A DNA stretch of 50,071 bases, taken from NCBI RefSeq assembly GCF_018977255.1, contig NW_024705382.1, forward strand, positions 1 to 50,071, written 5' to 3'. This DNA comes from Callorhinchus milii. Taxonomy: Eukaryota. The position numbers and the translations under genes are program-made. Positions 1 through 14,034 of the stretch are shown here, piece after piece; position 1 is the stretch's first letter, and every line of letters starts with the position of its first letter. A model generated the notes under the pieces. The model did no database searches. It was not told the origin of the DNA and worked only from the letters and a program-made list of their open reading frames with translations.

Positions 1-3000
1 CGATTTCGCAACTCATAACCAACTTCCACAATCAGAAAATATAACCCACAGCTACTAAACATCAGCGACCAGCCACTGAATAATAGCCACAGCGACTGAA
101 CACCAGCAACAGATTCGCACAGACAGACATACAGAAACACAGATACATGGGCACACATACACAGACACACACACACATACAGATCTGCATACAATCTGTT
201 AACACCAGACTATACACTGGTGCTCCCTGTTAATATCAGACAGCCAGAGCCACTAAACAGCTAGAAGGTATTAAACAGCATCCGCAACAACAAGAGATAT
301 AGACACATGAAAGCATAGATTCACACAACCACATACAGGCCAACAAATACAGGGAGACACATAAACACACTCTGTAAATATCTGACTCTATGGAGGTGCT
401 CACAGTTTATATCTGACAATATAGCCGTCATTTTTAAAGTCATTATAAAGACACACACAGCGAAACACACAAACATTCACTGACACACATTTTCAAACAC
501 CGGCCAGCAGCCACGAAACACCGGCCAGCAGCCACGAAACACCGGCCAGCAGCCACGAAACACCGGCCAGCAGCCACGAAACACCGGCCAGCAGCCACGA
601 AACACCGGCCAGCAGCCACGAAACACCGGCCAGCAGCCACAAAACACCGGCCAGCAGCCACGAAACACCAGATAGCAGCCAATAAACACCAGATAGCAGC
701 CAATAAACAGCAGATAGCAGCCAAGAAACACAGCCACTACGAACCACCTACAGCCACTAAACACCAGCTCGCAACCACAAACAACGGCTGCAGCCACAAA
801 CAACTGTTAGCAGTTTCCAAACTCCAGCTACCGGCCACTAAACACCGGCCACTAAACACCAGCTGTTAGCTACTGAACACCGGCCACCAAACACCAGGTC
901 GTTGGCGCTGAATAGCAGCGACAGCCACTGAACACCCGCAACAGAGGCGCACACACAGACAAAGGAACAAAGACACACATACACACACACATACAGATTG
1001 TCAACATCAGAGGCGCTCCCTGTTAATATCAGACAACCAGAGCCACTAAACAGCTGGAATACACGAAACACCCTCAATAACAACAACAGACAAAGACACA
1101 TGACGGATATATCGTCTGATATTAACTGAGCTCCTCAATATAGTCAGATATTTACAGAGTGTGTTGATGTGACTGCCTGTGTTTGTTGGCCTGTATTTGG
1201 TTGTTTGAATATATGCCTTCAAGTGTATGTGTCTATTATTGCTGTTGGGGATGGTGTTTATTATCTTCTGGATGTTTAGTGGCTCTGTTTGTCTGATATT
1301 AACAGGGAGCACCACTATATAGTCTGATGTTAGCAGTGTGTATGCAGATTTGTATGTGCGTGTGTCTTTGTATGTTCGTCCATGTATCTGTGTTTCTGTC
1401 TATCTGTGTTTGCGCATTTGTAGCTGTTGTTCAGCTACCAAACACCAGTTATCAGCTACCAAACACCAACTTGCAGCCACTAAACAACAGCCGCAGCCAC
1501 TATACAACGGCTAACAAACACCAGCGAGTTGGTACTGAATAGCAGCTGCAGCCACTGAACACCAGCAACAGATGCGCACACACAAAGGACTGCAGACACA
1601 CACACACACACACAGATCTACACACACATTGTCAACATCAGACTATATAGTGGTGGATCCCAATTAATATCAGACAACCAGAGCCACTGAACAGCGAGAT
1701 ATATTAAACACCCTCTATAACAACTACAGCCACAGACACATGATAGCATAGATTCACACATAGATTCATACAGATCAGAAAACACAGGCAGACACATATA
1801 CACACTTTGTAAATATCTGACTATATTGAGTTGCTCATTGTTAATATCAGACAATATAGCCGTCATTGTAAAATTATATAGACACACACACACACAAATA
1901 CGCATAAACATACTCGATCACAATTATGCAGGCAAACACACACACACCCGCTACAAGTCAACAGACGCGATTTTGCAGCCAATAAACACTCCCGTTAGTC
2001 ACTAAATTCCAGACACAGCCAATAAACACCATCCGCTAAACGCCTGCCAGTGAACACCAGCATTAACGATTAAACACCACCACGAAACAACAGCGAGCAG
2101 CCACTGAACACCAGATTGCAGCCATTCAACACGAGCTGACAGCCATTAAACACCAGATAGCTGCCACAAAACACCAGTTTGCAGCACAGATTAACAACCA
2201 CAGCCAATGAACATCAGCAACAGATGCGCACACACAGAAACACGGGAGCACATACACAGACGCACACAAATAATGATCTGCATACACACTGTTAACTTCA
2301 GACTATATAGAGGTTCTCCCTGCTAATATCAGAGAGCCAGAGCCACTAAACTGCTGGAAGATATTAAACACCACCTGTAACAACAACAGACAGACACATG
2401 AAAGCAAAGATGCACAAATGGATTCATACAGATCATAAAACACACGCAGACACATAGACACTCTCCGTAAATATCTGACTAAATTGAGGTGTTCACTGTT
2501 AAGATCAGACGATATAGCCGTCATTGTTAAAATCATATAGACACACAAACACATACAGAGAGACGCACAAACACACACTGTGAGACGCACAAACACACAC
2601 AGACACACATATGCGTAAATATAGAAAAACTCACTCGTTCACACAGCCGCTAAACACCTGCCAATAAGACACCAGCCGTAGCCACTAAACACCACCACAG
2701 CCAATAAATACCAGCCAGCAGCCAATAAACACCACCATAGCCAATAAACACCAGCTTGCATACACTCAACACGAGATGGCAGCCACTAAACACCATTTAA
2801 CTGCCACAAAACACCAGCTTACAGGCACAGATTAACAATCACAGTCAATGATATCAGCAACAGATGCGCACACATAGAAACACGGGATTACATACACAGA
2901 CACACACAAATACAGATCTACATACACAATGTTAACATCAGGCTACATAGAGGTGTTTCCTATTTATATCAGACAGCCAGAGCCATGAAACAGCTGGAAG

Positions 3001-6000
3001 ATATTAAACACCATCTGTTACAACAACAGACACATAAACATCAAATCAAAGATTCACGCATAGATTCATACAGATCAGAAAACACATATACGCTCTCCGT
3101 AAATATCTGACCATATTGAGATGCTCTCTGTTAATAACAGACGATATAGCCGTCATTGTTAAAATCATTATATAGACACACAAACAATCACACACAGCGA
3201 GACGCAAAAACACACATAATGAGACGCACAAACACACACACGCATATCCGCAAACATAGAAACACACAATCGATCACGGAAACGCAGACAGACACACTCC
3301 ACACCAGCTAGAAGTCAACAGATGCAATTTAGCAACTAGTAACCAACTTCCGCAATCACTAAACATAACCCACAGCCTCTAAACATTAGCGACCAGCCAC
3401 TGAATAACAGCCACAGCGACTGAACACCAACAACAGGTGCGCACAGACAGACGCACAGAAACTCGGATACATGGGAACACATATACATACACACACACAT
3501 ATACAGAACTGCATACACGCTGTTAACAAAAGACTATACAGCGGTGCTCCGGGTTAGTATCAGACAGTCACAACCACTAAACAGCTGGAAGATATTAAAC
3601 GCCATCCGCAACACAGACACATAGATTCACACAACCACATACAGGCCAATAAACACAGGCAGACACACAAACTCGCTTTGTAAATAGCTGACTATATTGA
3701 GGTGCACACTGTTAATATCTGACATTATAACCGTCATTGTTAGTATCATTATATAGACACACACAGCGAAACACCAGCCATAGCCAGTAAACAACACTAC
3801 AGCCTATAAGCAACAGCAGCAGCCAACAAACACCAGGCAGCAGCCGGTAAACACCAGCTTGCAGCTATTCAACACAAACTAGCAGCCACTAAACGCGAGA
3901 CAGGTGCCAAAAAACACCATCTTGTAGGCACAGAATAACAGCCACAGCCAACGAACAACAGATGCGCAACAGATGCACAGCGACAGATGCGCACACAGAG
4001 AAACACGGGAGTACATATACAGGCACACACAAATACAGATCTGCATATACACTATTAACATCAGAATATACAGAGATGGTCCCTGTTAACATCGGACAGC
4101 CGGGGACACTAAACAGCTCGAAGATATTAAACACCATCTGCAACAACAACAGACATGAAAGTATAGAAACTCACAGACCAACAAACACAAGCAGACACAT
4201 ATACACACTCTGTAAATATCTGACTATATTTAGTTGCTCATTGTTAATATCAGACAATATAGCCGTCGTTGTAAAATTATATTGACACACAAACACACAT
4301 ATGCATAAACATAGAAATACATACTCCATCACAAATACACAGACAAATAAACGTTCAAATCACCAGCTAAGAGTCGCTAGACACAAATTCGCAGCCAATA
4401 TACACGTTCCAAAAACAATAAACACCAACCAGAGTCAATAAACTTCACCCACAGTCAATAAACAGCAGCCACTAAAACCCTGCCAATAAACACCAGATAG
4501 CCACTGAACACCGTCTAGCAGTCAATAAGCACCAGATATCTGCCACTAAACACCTGCCACAGTCACTGCAAACCAGCTGCAGCCACTAAACAACAGCTGC
4601 CAGCCACAAACACCGGCTAACAGCCATAAAACACCATCTCACAGCCACAAAACACCATCTCGCAGACAGAAACACCATCTCACAGCCACAAAACACCATC
4701 TCACAGCCACAAGTCACCAGTTTGCAGTCACAAACACCGGCCAGCAGCCAATAAACACCGGCCAGCAGCCACTAAACACCAGCCAGCAGACACAGAATAA
4801 CAGACACAGACACTGAACACCAGCAGCAGATGCGCACACAGAGATAGACAGAAACACAGACACATATACGAACATACACAGACACACACAAATACAGATC
4901 TACATACAAACTGTTAACAATAGATTATATAGAGGTGCTCCCTATTAATATCAGACAGCCAGAGCCACGAAACAAGATATTAAACACCATCTGTAACAAC
5001 AGACAGACACATGAAAGCAAAGATTCACAAATGTATTCATACAGACCACAAAACATAGGCAGACACATATACACACTCTGTAAATATCTGACTATATCGA
5101 AGTTCTCACTGTTAATATCAGACGATATAGCCGTTATGGTTAAAATCATTATATAGACGCACAAACACAGTGAGGCGCACAAACACACACAGACACACAT
5201 ATACGAAAACATAGAAACACACACTCGATCACAGATAAGCAGACAGACACACACATATAATGCACCAGCTAGAAGTCAACAGATGCAATTTAGCAACTAA
5301 TAAACAACTTCCACGATCACGAAGCATGACCCACTGCCACTAATCATCAGTTAGAAGCCAATGAATAACAGGGAACACGACTGAACACCAGCAACAGGTG
5401 CGCACAGACAGACACACAGAAACACAGACACATTGACACATATTCACAGACACACACACATAAAGATCTGCATACACCCTGTTAACACCAGATTATACAG
5501 AGGTGCTCCCTGTTAATATCAGACAGCCAGAGCCATGAAACAGCTGGAAGATATCAAACAACATCCGCAACAACAAGAGATACAAACACACGAAAGCATA
5601 GATTCACGCAACTACATACAGGCCAACAAACACAGGCAGACAATATAACCGTCATTGTAAAATTGTATAGACCACAGCGACACACAAAAACGCACATATG
5701 CACAAGCGTAGAAACACAAACTCGATCACATACACAGACACACAAACATGCAATAAACTCCAGTAAACTCCACCCACAGTCATTAAACAGCAACCACTAA
5801 ACACCTGCCAGTAAACACCGGCTCTCAGCCAGAAACACCAGCGAGCAGCCAAAAACCACCAGCTTGCAGCCACTGAACACCGGCAAGCAGCCAATAAACA
5901 CCAGTTAGCAGCCAATAAACACCAGATTGCAGCCATAAACCCCAGCCACAGCCATTACAAACAAGCTGCAGCCAGTAAACACCAGTTATCAGCCACAAAC

Positions 6001-9000
6001 ACCGGCTAATAGCCACAAACACCAGACTGCAGCAACTAACCACCAGTCAGCAGCCACTAAACACCAGCCACAGCAAAGCAGCTGCAGCCACTAAACACCA
6101 CCTAGCAGGCACTAACCACCAGCCAGCAGCCACTAAACACCAGTCAGCAGCCACTAAACACCAGCCGCAGCCATTAAACACCAGCTGGCAGCCACTACAC
6201 CCCTGCTAGCCGCCAATAAATACAAGATAACAGCCACAAACACCAGCTTCGAGACACCAAACACCAGCATGCAGCCACAAACACCAGCCAGCAGCTTCCA
6301 AACACCGGCAACTACTAAACACCGGCCACCAAACACCGGCTCGTAGCCACTAAACACCGGCCACCAAACACCAGCTCGTAGCCACTAAACACCGGCCACC
6401 AAACACCAGCAGTTGGCACTGAATAGCAGCTACAGCCACTGAACAACAGCAACAGATGCGCACACACAGACAAAGGAACAAAGACACACACACACATACA
6501 CACAGATCTACATACACATTGTAACATCAGACTGTAGAGAGGTGCTCCCTGTTAATATCAGAGAACCAGAGCCACGAACCAGCTGGAAGATACTAAACAC
6601 CCTCTATAAAAACAACAGACACAGACACATGATTGCATAGATTGACACATAGATTCGTACAGACCAGAAAACAGAGGCACACACATATACACACTTTGTA
6701 AATATCTGACTATATGGAGGTGCTCATTGTTAATATCAGACAATATAGCCGTCATTATTAATATCATTATATAGACAAACCCAGCGAAACACACAACCAT
6801 ACGCATAGACACACATACTCGATCACACACACCAGCTACAAGAGAACATACGCGAATTAGCAGCCAATAAACACTCCCAGAGTCACGAAACACCACCCAC
6901 AGCCACTGAAATCCAGACACAACCAACAAACACCAGCCGCTGAAGATCTGCCACAGCCACCGAGCAAAAGGGAGCGGCCACAGCCGCTAAACACCAGCTT
7001 GCAGCCATTCAACACCAGTTTGGAGGCACAGATTAACAACCACAGCAAATGAACATCAGCAACAGATGCGCACACACAGAAACACAGAAACACGGGAGCA
7101 CATACACAGACACACACAAAAACAGATCTACATACAGTGTTAACATCAGACTACACAGAGGTGCTCCCTCATAACATCAGACAGCCAGAGCCACGAAACT
7201 GCTGGAAGATGTTAAAAACCATCTGTAACAACAGCAGACACAGACACATGAAATCAAAGATTCACAAATGGATTCATACAGACCATAAAACACAGGCAGA
7301 CACATACGCACACTCCCTAAATATCTCAATATATTGAGGTGCTCACAGTTAATATCAGGCGATAAAGTAGTCATTGTTAAATCATTATATAGACACAAAC
7401 AAACACACAGAGAGAGACGCACGAACACACAAAGACACACAAATGCGCGAATATAGAAACACACACTCGATCACATACACACACATATGCGTGAAAATAC
7501 TAATACGCACACGATCACAGATATTCAGACATACATACATGATGCACCAACTAGAAGTCAACAGACGCAACTTAGCAACTGATAAACAACTTACACAATC
7601 GGTAAACACAACCCGCAGTCACTAAACACCAGCTAACAGCCACTAAACACCAGCTAACAGACACAGAATAACAGATAGAGAACTGAACACCAGCAACAGA
7701 TGCGCACACAGAGATAGACAGAAACACAGACACATAGACGAACATACACAGACACACACACATACTGATCTACGTACGCACAGTTAACATCAGATTATAT
7801 GGAGGTGCTCCATGATAATGTCAGACAGCCAGAGCCACTAAAAAGGTAGAAGCTATTAAACACCCACTGTAACACAACGTACATAGACACATGAAAGCAA
7901 AGATTCACAGATAGATTCATAGAGACCACAAAAAACGGGCGCACACAAATACGCGCTCCGTAAATATCTGACGATATTGAGGTGCTCACTGTTAATATCA
8001 GACAATATAGCCCTCATTGTTAAAACATTATATAGACACGCAACAAACACACAACGTGAGACACACACACATGATACAACAGCTAGAATTCAACAGATGC
8101 AATTTAGCAACTGACAAACAACTTCCACAATCACTAAACACAAAGCACAGCCACTAAACACCAATTGGCAGACACACATACAAATCTACATACACATTCT
8201 TAACATCAGACTATATAGAGGAGCTCCCTGTTAATATCAGACAGCCAGAGCCGCTAAACATCTAGAAGATATTAAACGCCATCCGCAACAACAGCAGAAA
8301 CAGACACATGATAGCATAGATTCACAGAACCACATAGAGGCCAATGAACAAAGGCAGACACATAAACACACACCTTGTAAATATCTGACTACATTGAGGT
8401 GCTCACTGTTAATATCAGACGATATAGCCGCATTGTTAAAATCATTATACAGACACACAGAGCGAAACGCACAAACATACACTGACACGCATTTGAACGC
8501 ACATAGGCACACATACTCGATCACGCAGACACACACCAGCTACAAGTCAACAGACGCGACTTATCAGCCAACAAACGCTTCCACAGTCACTAAACACCAC
8601 CCAAAGCCACTGAAATCCAAACCCAAACAACAAACACCAGCCGCTAAACACCTGCCAATAAACACCAGTGAGCAGCCTAAAACTACCAGCTTACAGCTAC
8701 CAAACACCAGCCGCAGCCACTAAACACTAGCTAGCAGCTACCAAACACCAGCTAACAGCCACTAAACACCTGTCACTAAACACCAGCTACTAGCCACTAA
8801 ACACCAGCTGGTAGCCACTATACAACGGCCACCAAACACCAGCGAGTTGGTACTGAATAGCAGCTACAGACACTGAACACCAGCAACAGATGCGCAAACG
8901 TAGACAAAGAAACAAAGTCACACATACACACATACAGATCTACACACACATTGTCAACATCAGACTATATAGTGGTGGATCCCTATTAATATCAGAAAAC

Positions 9001-11320
9001 CAGAGCCACTAAACAGCGAGATATATTAAACACCCTCTATAACAACAACAGACACATAATAGCATAGATTCATACATAGATTCATACAGATCAGAAAACA
9101 CAGGCACACACATATACACACTCCGTAAATATCTGACTATATTGAGTTGCTCACTGTTAATATCAGACAATATAGCCGTCATTGTAAAATTATATACACA
9201 AACACACATATGCATGAACATAGAAACACATACTCGATCACAATTAGGCAGACACACACACACCCGCTACAAGTCAACAAACGAGATTTAACAGCCAATA
9301 AACACTTCCATTAGTCACTAAATTCCAGACACAGCCAATAAACACCATCCGCTAAACGCCTGCCAGTAAACACCAGCCTTAACGACTAAACACCACCACA
9401 GCCACTGAACCCCAGTTTGCAGCCACACAACACGAGATGGCAGCCACTAAACACCAGATAGCTGCCACAAAACACCATTTTGCAGGCACAGATTAACAAC
9501 CACAGCCAATGAACACCAGCGACTGATGCGCACTTAGAGACAGACAGAAACACAAACACACGGGCAGACATAATCGAATACACACCTACAGATCTACATA
9601 CACACTGTTAAAATCAGACTATATAGAGGTGCTCCCTGTTGATATCAGACAGCCAGAGCCACTAAACATCTGGAAGTTATTCAATACCAACCGCCACAAC
9701 AACAGACACAGACACATGAAAACATAGATTAACAAAAAACAACAAACGCAGGCAGACGACACATATACAAACTCTGTAAACGTCTGACTATATTGAGGTG
9801 CTCACTGTTAATATCAGACAATATAGCCGTCATTGTAAAATTATATAGACTACAGAGTCACACAAACACACATATGCACAAACATAAACACACATACTCG
9901 ATCACAAATACACAGACATACAAACATGCAAAGCACCAGCCGGTAGTCAGCAGACACAAACTAGCAGCCAATAAACACCTTCCACAATCAATAAACACCA
10001 GCCAGAGTCAGTAAACTCCACCCACAGTCAATAAACACCAGACGTTAACCACCTGCCAATAAACACCAGATTGCAGCCATTCAACACGAGCTGGTAGCCA
10101 CGAAACACCAGATAGCTGCCACAAAACACCAGCTTGCAGATTAATAACCACAGCCAGTGAACCTCAGAACAGATGCGCACACACGGCAGTACATACACAG
10201 ACACACACAAATACAGATCTACACACACACACTCTTAACATCAGACTATATAGATGTGCTCCCTGTTAATATCAGACAGCCAGAGCCGCTAAACATCTAG
10301 AAGATATTAAATACCATCCGCAACAGCAACAGACACAGGAAAGCATAGATTTACACAGACAACAAACACAGGCAGACACATATACACACTCTGTAAATAG
10401 TTGACGATATTCAGGTGCTCACTGTCAATATCAGACAATATAGCGGTCATTGTAAAATTTTATAGACCACAGAGTCACACAAACACACATATGCACAAAC
10501 ATAGAAACACATAGCAGCCAATAAACATTTTCCACAATCAATAAACACCAGCCAGAGTCAATAAACTCCAGCCACACTCAATAAATACCAGCCATTAACC
10601 ACCTGCCAATACACACCAGCTAGCAGGCACTTAACACAGCCGCAGCCACGAAACACCAGCTGCAGCCACTGAACACAAGTTGACAGCCAGAAACACCAGA
10701 TAACAGCCACTAAACACCCGCCGCAGCCACTGAACACCAGGCGGCAGTCACGAAAAACCAGCCACAGCCACGACTAACCAGCTGCAGCCACTAAACACCA
10801 GCTTGAAACCATAAACACCGGCTCTGTAACAACAACAGACACAGACACATGACAGCGTAGATTCACACATAGATTCATACAGATCAGAAAACACAGGGAC
10901 ACACATATACACACTCGGTAAATATCTGACTATACTGAGGTGCTCACTATTAATATCAGACATTGTAGCCGTCATTCGTAAAATCATTATATAGACACAT
11001 ACAAACACACAGCGAGACGCAGAAACACAAAGGCACACAAACATAGAAACACACCCTCGATCACACGCACACACACAAACACACACACATGATGCACCAG
11101 CTAGAATTCAACAGATGCAATTTAGCCACTAGTAAACAACTTCCCCAATCATTAAAGACAGCCCACAGCCACAAAACACCAGCCAGCAGCCACTGTGCAC
11201 CTGGTAGCAGCCACTTAACACGAGCTAACAGCCACTGAATAACAGCCATAGCCACGGAACACCAGCTACAAATGCATGCACACAGATAGACAGAAACGCA
11301 GACACATAGACGAACATATA
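1..11320. repeat. Complex CA-rich satellite: about 16-17 diverged units of roughly 420-1040 bp, each a conserved core plus a variable run of ~20-bp CAGCCACTAAACACCAG-like monomers
   Basis: The core motif GAGGTGCTC(C/A)CTGTTAATATCAGACA occurs twice per unit. First-copy positions are approximately 220, 1015, 1652, 2312, 2951, 3543, 4075, 4934, 5501, 6541, 7159, 7803, 8220, 8972, 9627 and 10255. Confidence 0.92.
495..740. repeat. 21-bp minisatellite (AAACACCGGCCAGCAGCCACG)n
   Basis: About 8 near-perfect copies followed by diverged copies; produces the CFVAAGR-repeat ORF. Confidence 0.95.
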
Positions 11321-11815
11321 AATTTGTTTGTGTTTAATTGTGTTTATATGTCTAAGTGCCTGTGTTTGAATTTGTTTGTGTTTGATTCTGTGTGTGCTTG
11401 TGTGTATCTTGCGTGTTTGGGTGTGCGTGTGTGTTTCTGAAAATGTGTGCGTTTGTTCAGCTGTTTGTGTGTGTGCGATAGTGTGTGTGCGTGTCTGTGC
11501 ATCTGGGTTCGTGTGTGCGATTGTGACTGGGTGTGCACTCGTATGCTTTTGTGTGTGTTTTGCTTGTGTGCGTATTTGTGTCCATGTATGTATTTGTTTG
11601 TGGGTGAATTTCTGTGTATGTGTGCGTGTGTTTTTGTGTGCGTGTGCTCATTTCTTTGTGTGTGTGTGCTTGTGCGCGTTTGCTTTAGTGCTTGTCTGTG
11701 TGTGTGTATGTGTGTGTGTTTCTGTGTGTGTATTTGTCTATGGGTCATGTGTTTGTTTGTTTGTTTGTTTGTAGTGTACCTGTGTGTGTTTGTTAGTTTT
11801 TGTGTGCGTATCTCG
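11321..11815. repeat. Degenerate (TG)n-rich tract
   Basis: Abrupt switch from CA-rich to TG-rich composition at about 11320. Confidence 0.85.
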
Positions 11816-11866
11816 TTGCAGTGTTTACTCTGATCCCTGTTACGTCTCTGTGTCTCTGATCTCCAG

Positions 11867-12039
11867 GTTGGACAGTAACAATCTGACAGCTGATTGTACC
11901 GAGGATCTGACCTCCGCTCTCAGCACAAACCACTCACTGACGGAGCTGCACCTGAATAATAATAATCTCGGAGATTGTGGAGTGAAGCGAGTGTGTGTGA
12001 AGCTCTGATGAAAATGGAGTGTAAAATACAGAGTCCGTG
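11867..12039 (+). pseudogene. Upstream NLR paralog, LRR exon homologous to exon 8, with a +2 (GT) frameshift
   Basis: 173 nt between intact AG/GT sites versus 171 nt in the intact copy. cgaGTGTGTGTgaag replaces cgaCTGTGTgagg and creates a stop at 12006-12008. Confidence 0.85.
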
Positions 12040-12561
12040 GTAAGTGACGTACAGTGTCTCCAGAGTCTAAATGACTCCAATATCTCATTTTGTTAATTGT
12101 GTCTGTCTGATCAGTGCGGCTGAATATTGTGACAGTAATCGGTGTGACAGTGTGAGGCCACAAGTCATCTTTTACATCAAATTCTCGACATGCGTTAATA
12201 AGAAACTGTGTGGCAGAAACTCCAGCTCTAGTGACATGTGGATAGTCACAACTCTGACCACTAAACTGGCTCCAATCCCCAAACCCCCTCTCATTGTATC
12301 TAATCCCGAAGCTCCTGCCCGTTCCCGTCAATCCCTCCACACACTGTGGGTTTGCAGTTGTCTACTATTGTCAGCCGTGTGTCTGATACACACACAAACC
12401 TGTCACCGGGCTTCAAACTCTCCAAAGCAACCTCCTGACAGCTCCACATCTGACTGGAGATTTGTATGTGTGAAATGGAGGCACATTCTCTCCTGGTCAG
12501 AGTCGATAAATTGTGGACGAATCTAGAAGCAGCCTCACTGGGACCTCGGAGCAGCACTGAA

Positions 12562-12915
12562 TAATGTGTGTTTGTTTATTAGTATTCTTCTCCATGCATG
12601 TGTCTGTTTCTCTGTGTGTGATGTTTATGTGTGCGTCGGTGTGTCTTTCTCTGTGTATTCTGTGTACGTGTGTTTCTGCGTGTGTATTTTCTTTCGCTTG
12701 TATGAGTGCTTGACTCTGGTTATGATTTCCTGTTTGTTTATGATTTTGTGTGCTGTGTTTGTGAATGTTCGTGCGTGTGCATCTGTGAGTGAGATTGTGT
12801 GTGTGAGTCTTACGGTTGTTTGTTTGTGGGTAGTTATATGTATGTATGTGTTTATGCATGCATGTGTTTGCATTTGTGTGTTTGTTTGTGTATTATGTGT
12901 GTATATTTGTGTGCG
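12562..12915. repeat. Degenerate (TG)n-rich tract in the paralog intron
   Basis: Low-complexity TG sequence that is absent from the homologous intron at 42731-43409. Confidence 0.8.
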
Positions 12916-13187
12916 CAATGGTGGAACTTGTGCGGCTCAGTCATGCATGATGTTAGGGCTTCCTCCGTAATCCTGAGACGTTTAACTCACCCAGGTCAAT
13001 GATTCCGTGCATATTCCCAACTGGCTTTAGCTGCCGGACGAAACAAAAAATTATGGAAAAATCATGACCTCAGGAAGTTTTCTGTTGGTATCTTTACAGT
13101 CAAAACGTCTGTGCAAAACCCTCACCAGGAATAACCTCTACACAGCTTTAGCCCTCAGTTATCCTGTGTCTGCTCACACAATGCAGA

Positions 13188-13505
13188 TGAGCCATGTAGC
13201 TCAGTGGTTAGAGACTTCACCTTGCGAGCGAGAGGGCCTGGGGGGTGATTCCTGGCGGGGCAAAACTTTACTGATGTTTCCTTACTCCACCCTTGTCTGT
13301 TTGCCTCGCAGTCAGTCATAATCCGGTTGTTAGACGATTTGCAGATCACTTTTCCAGGGTTAATAATTGCTTCATAGAAATATTTCATACAAAAATATAC
13401 GGTTAGTTCAATTTGCAGTATATCCTGAGAAGAGCTTTGTGGCGTCTCCAAGACATGATGAGGCGCTTTATCAAATGGCAGGAATATTAATATATTATAT
13501 ATTAT
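13188..13505 (+). mobile_element. Degenerate tRNA-derived SINE
   Basis: A-box TAGCTCAGTGGTTAGAG, the body motif TTTCCTTACTCCAC, and a tail GGCGCTTTATCAAATG followed by an AT-rich end. Confidence 0.7.
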
Positions 13506-13697
13506 ATCTGGATAACGCGGAAATCCTTTGAGGCCCCCCCTCTGGTGGCAGGGACTCTCTGAGGGTCGTTTCCATCTCTGTATCCGCTTGTGGCCTCCAT
13601 CGCCTCTTCCTTCCGTTGGTGACGGCCTTTGAGTTCAATGGGTTATACACACAGTTTACTCTGATCCCTAGTGTGTCTCTGTGTCTCTGATCTCCAG

Positions 13698-13865
13698 GCT
13701 GGGGGTTAACAGACTGACTGACGGCTGCACTGATGACCTGGTCTCCGCTCTCAGTACAAGACGCTCACTGAGGCTTCTGGACTTGAGGTTCAATTCCTTC
13801 ACAGACGGCTCTGTCCCCGCTCTCCGCCGCCTCATACAGACATGCACCAGTCTGGAGGGGATCGG
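13698..13865 (+). CDS. Upstream NLR paralog, 168-nt LRR exon homologous to exon 9
   Basis: Acceptor tctccag|, donor |gtgagt, open frame [56 protein letters not shown]. Confidence 0.85.
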
Positions 13866-14034
13866 GTGAGTGTTGTTGTGCAGTGTTTAATGTGATAAAC
13901 ACACAGAGAAAGGGCTGGGTATCAGAATGGAAGACAGTTTGAAGGTTTTATTTAAAATTATTAAACCGTGACATGAACAGTTTACAGTTTGTACCATTAT
14001 CCCATGGGTTTATTTCCTGTTTAATGTGTTTCAG

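Noticed and set aside
1..11320. Conserved core plus variable spacers resembling a CRISPR-like array; many C/V-rich ORFs
   Set aside because: The spacers are themselves tandem monomers rather than unique sequence, the context is eukaryotic, and there are no cas genes. The ORFs are translations of CA/TG repeats.
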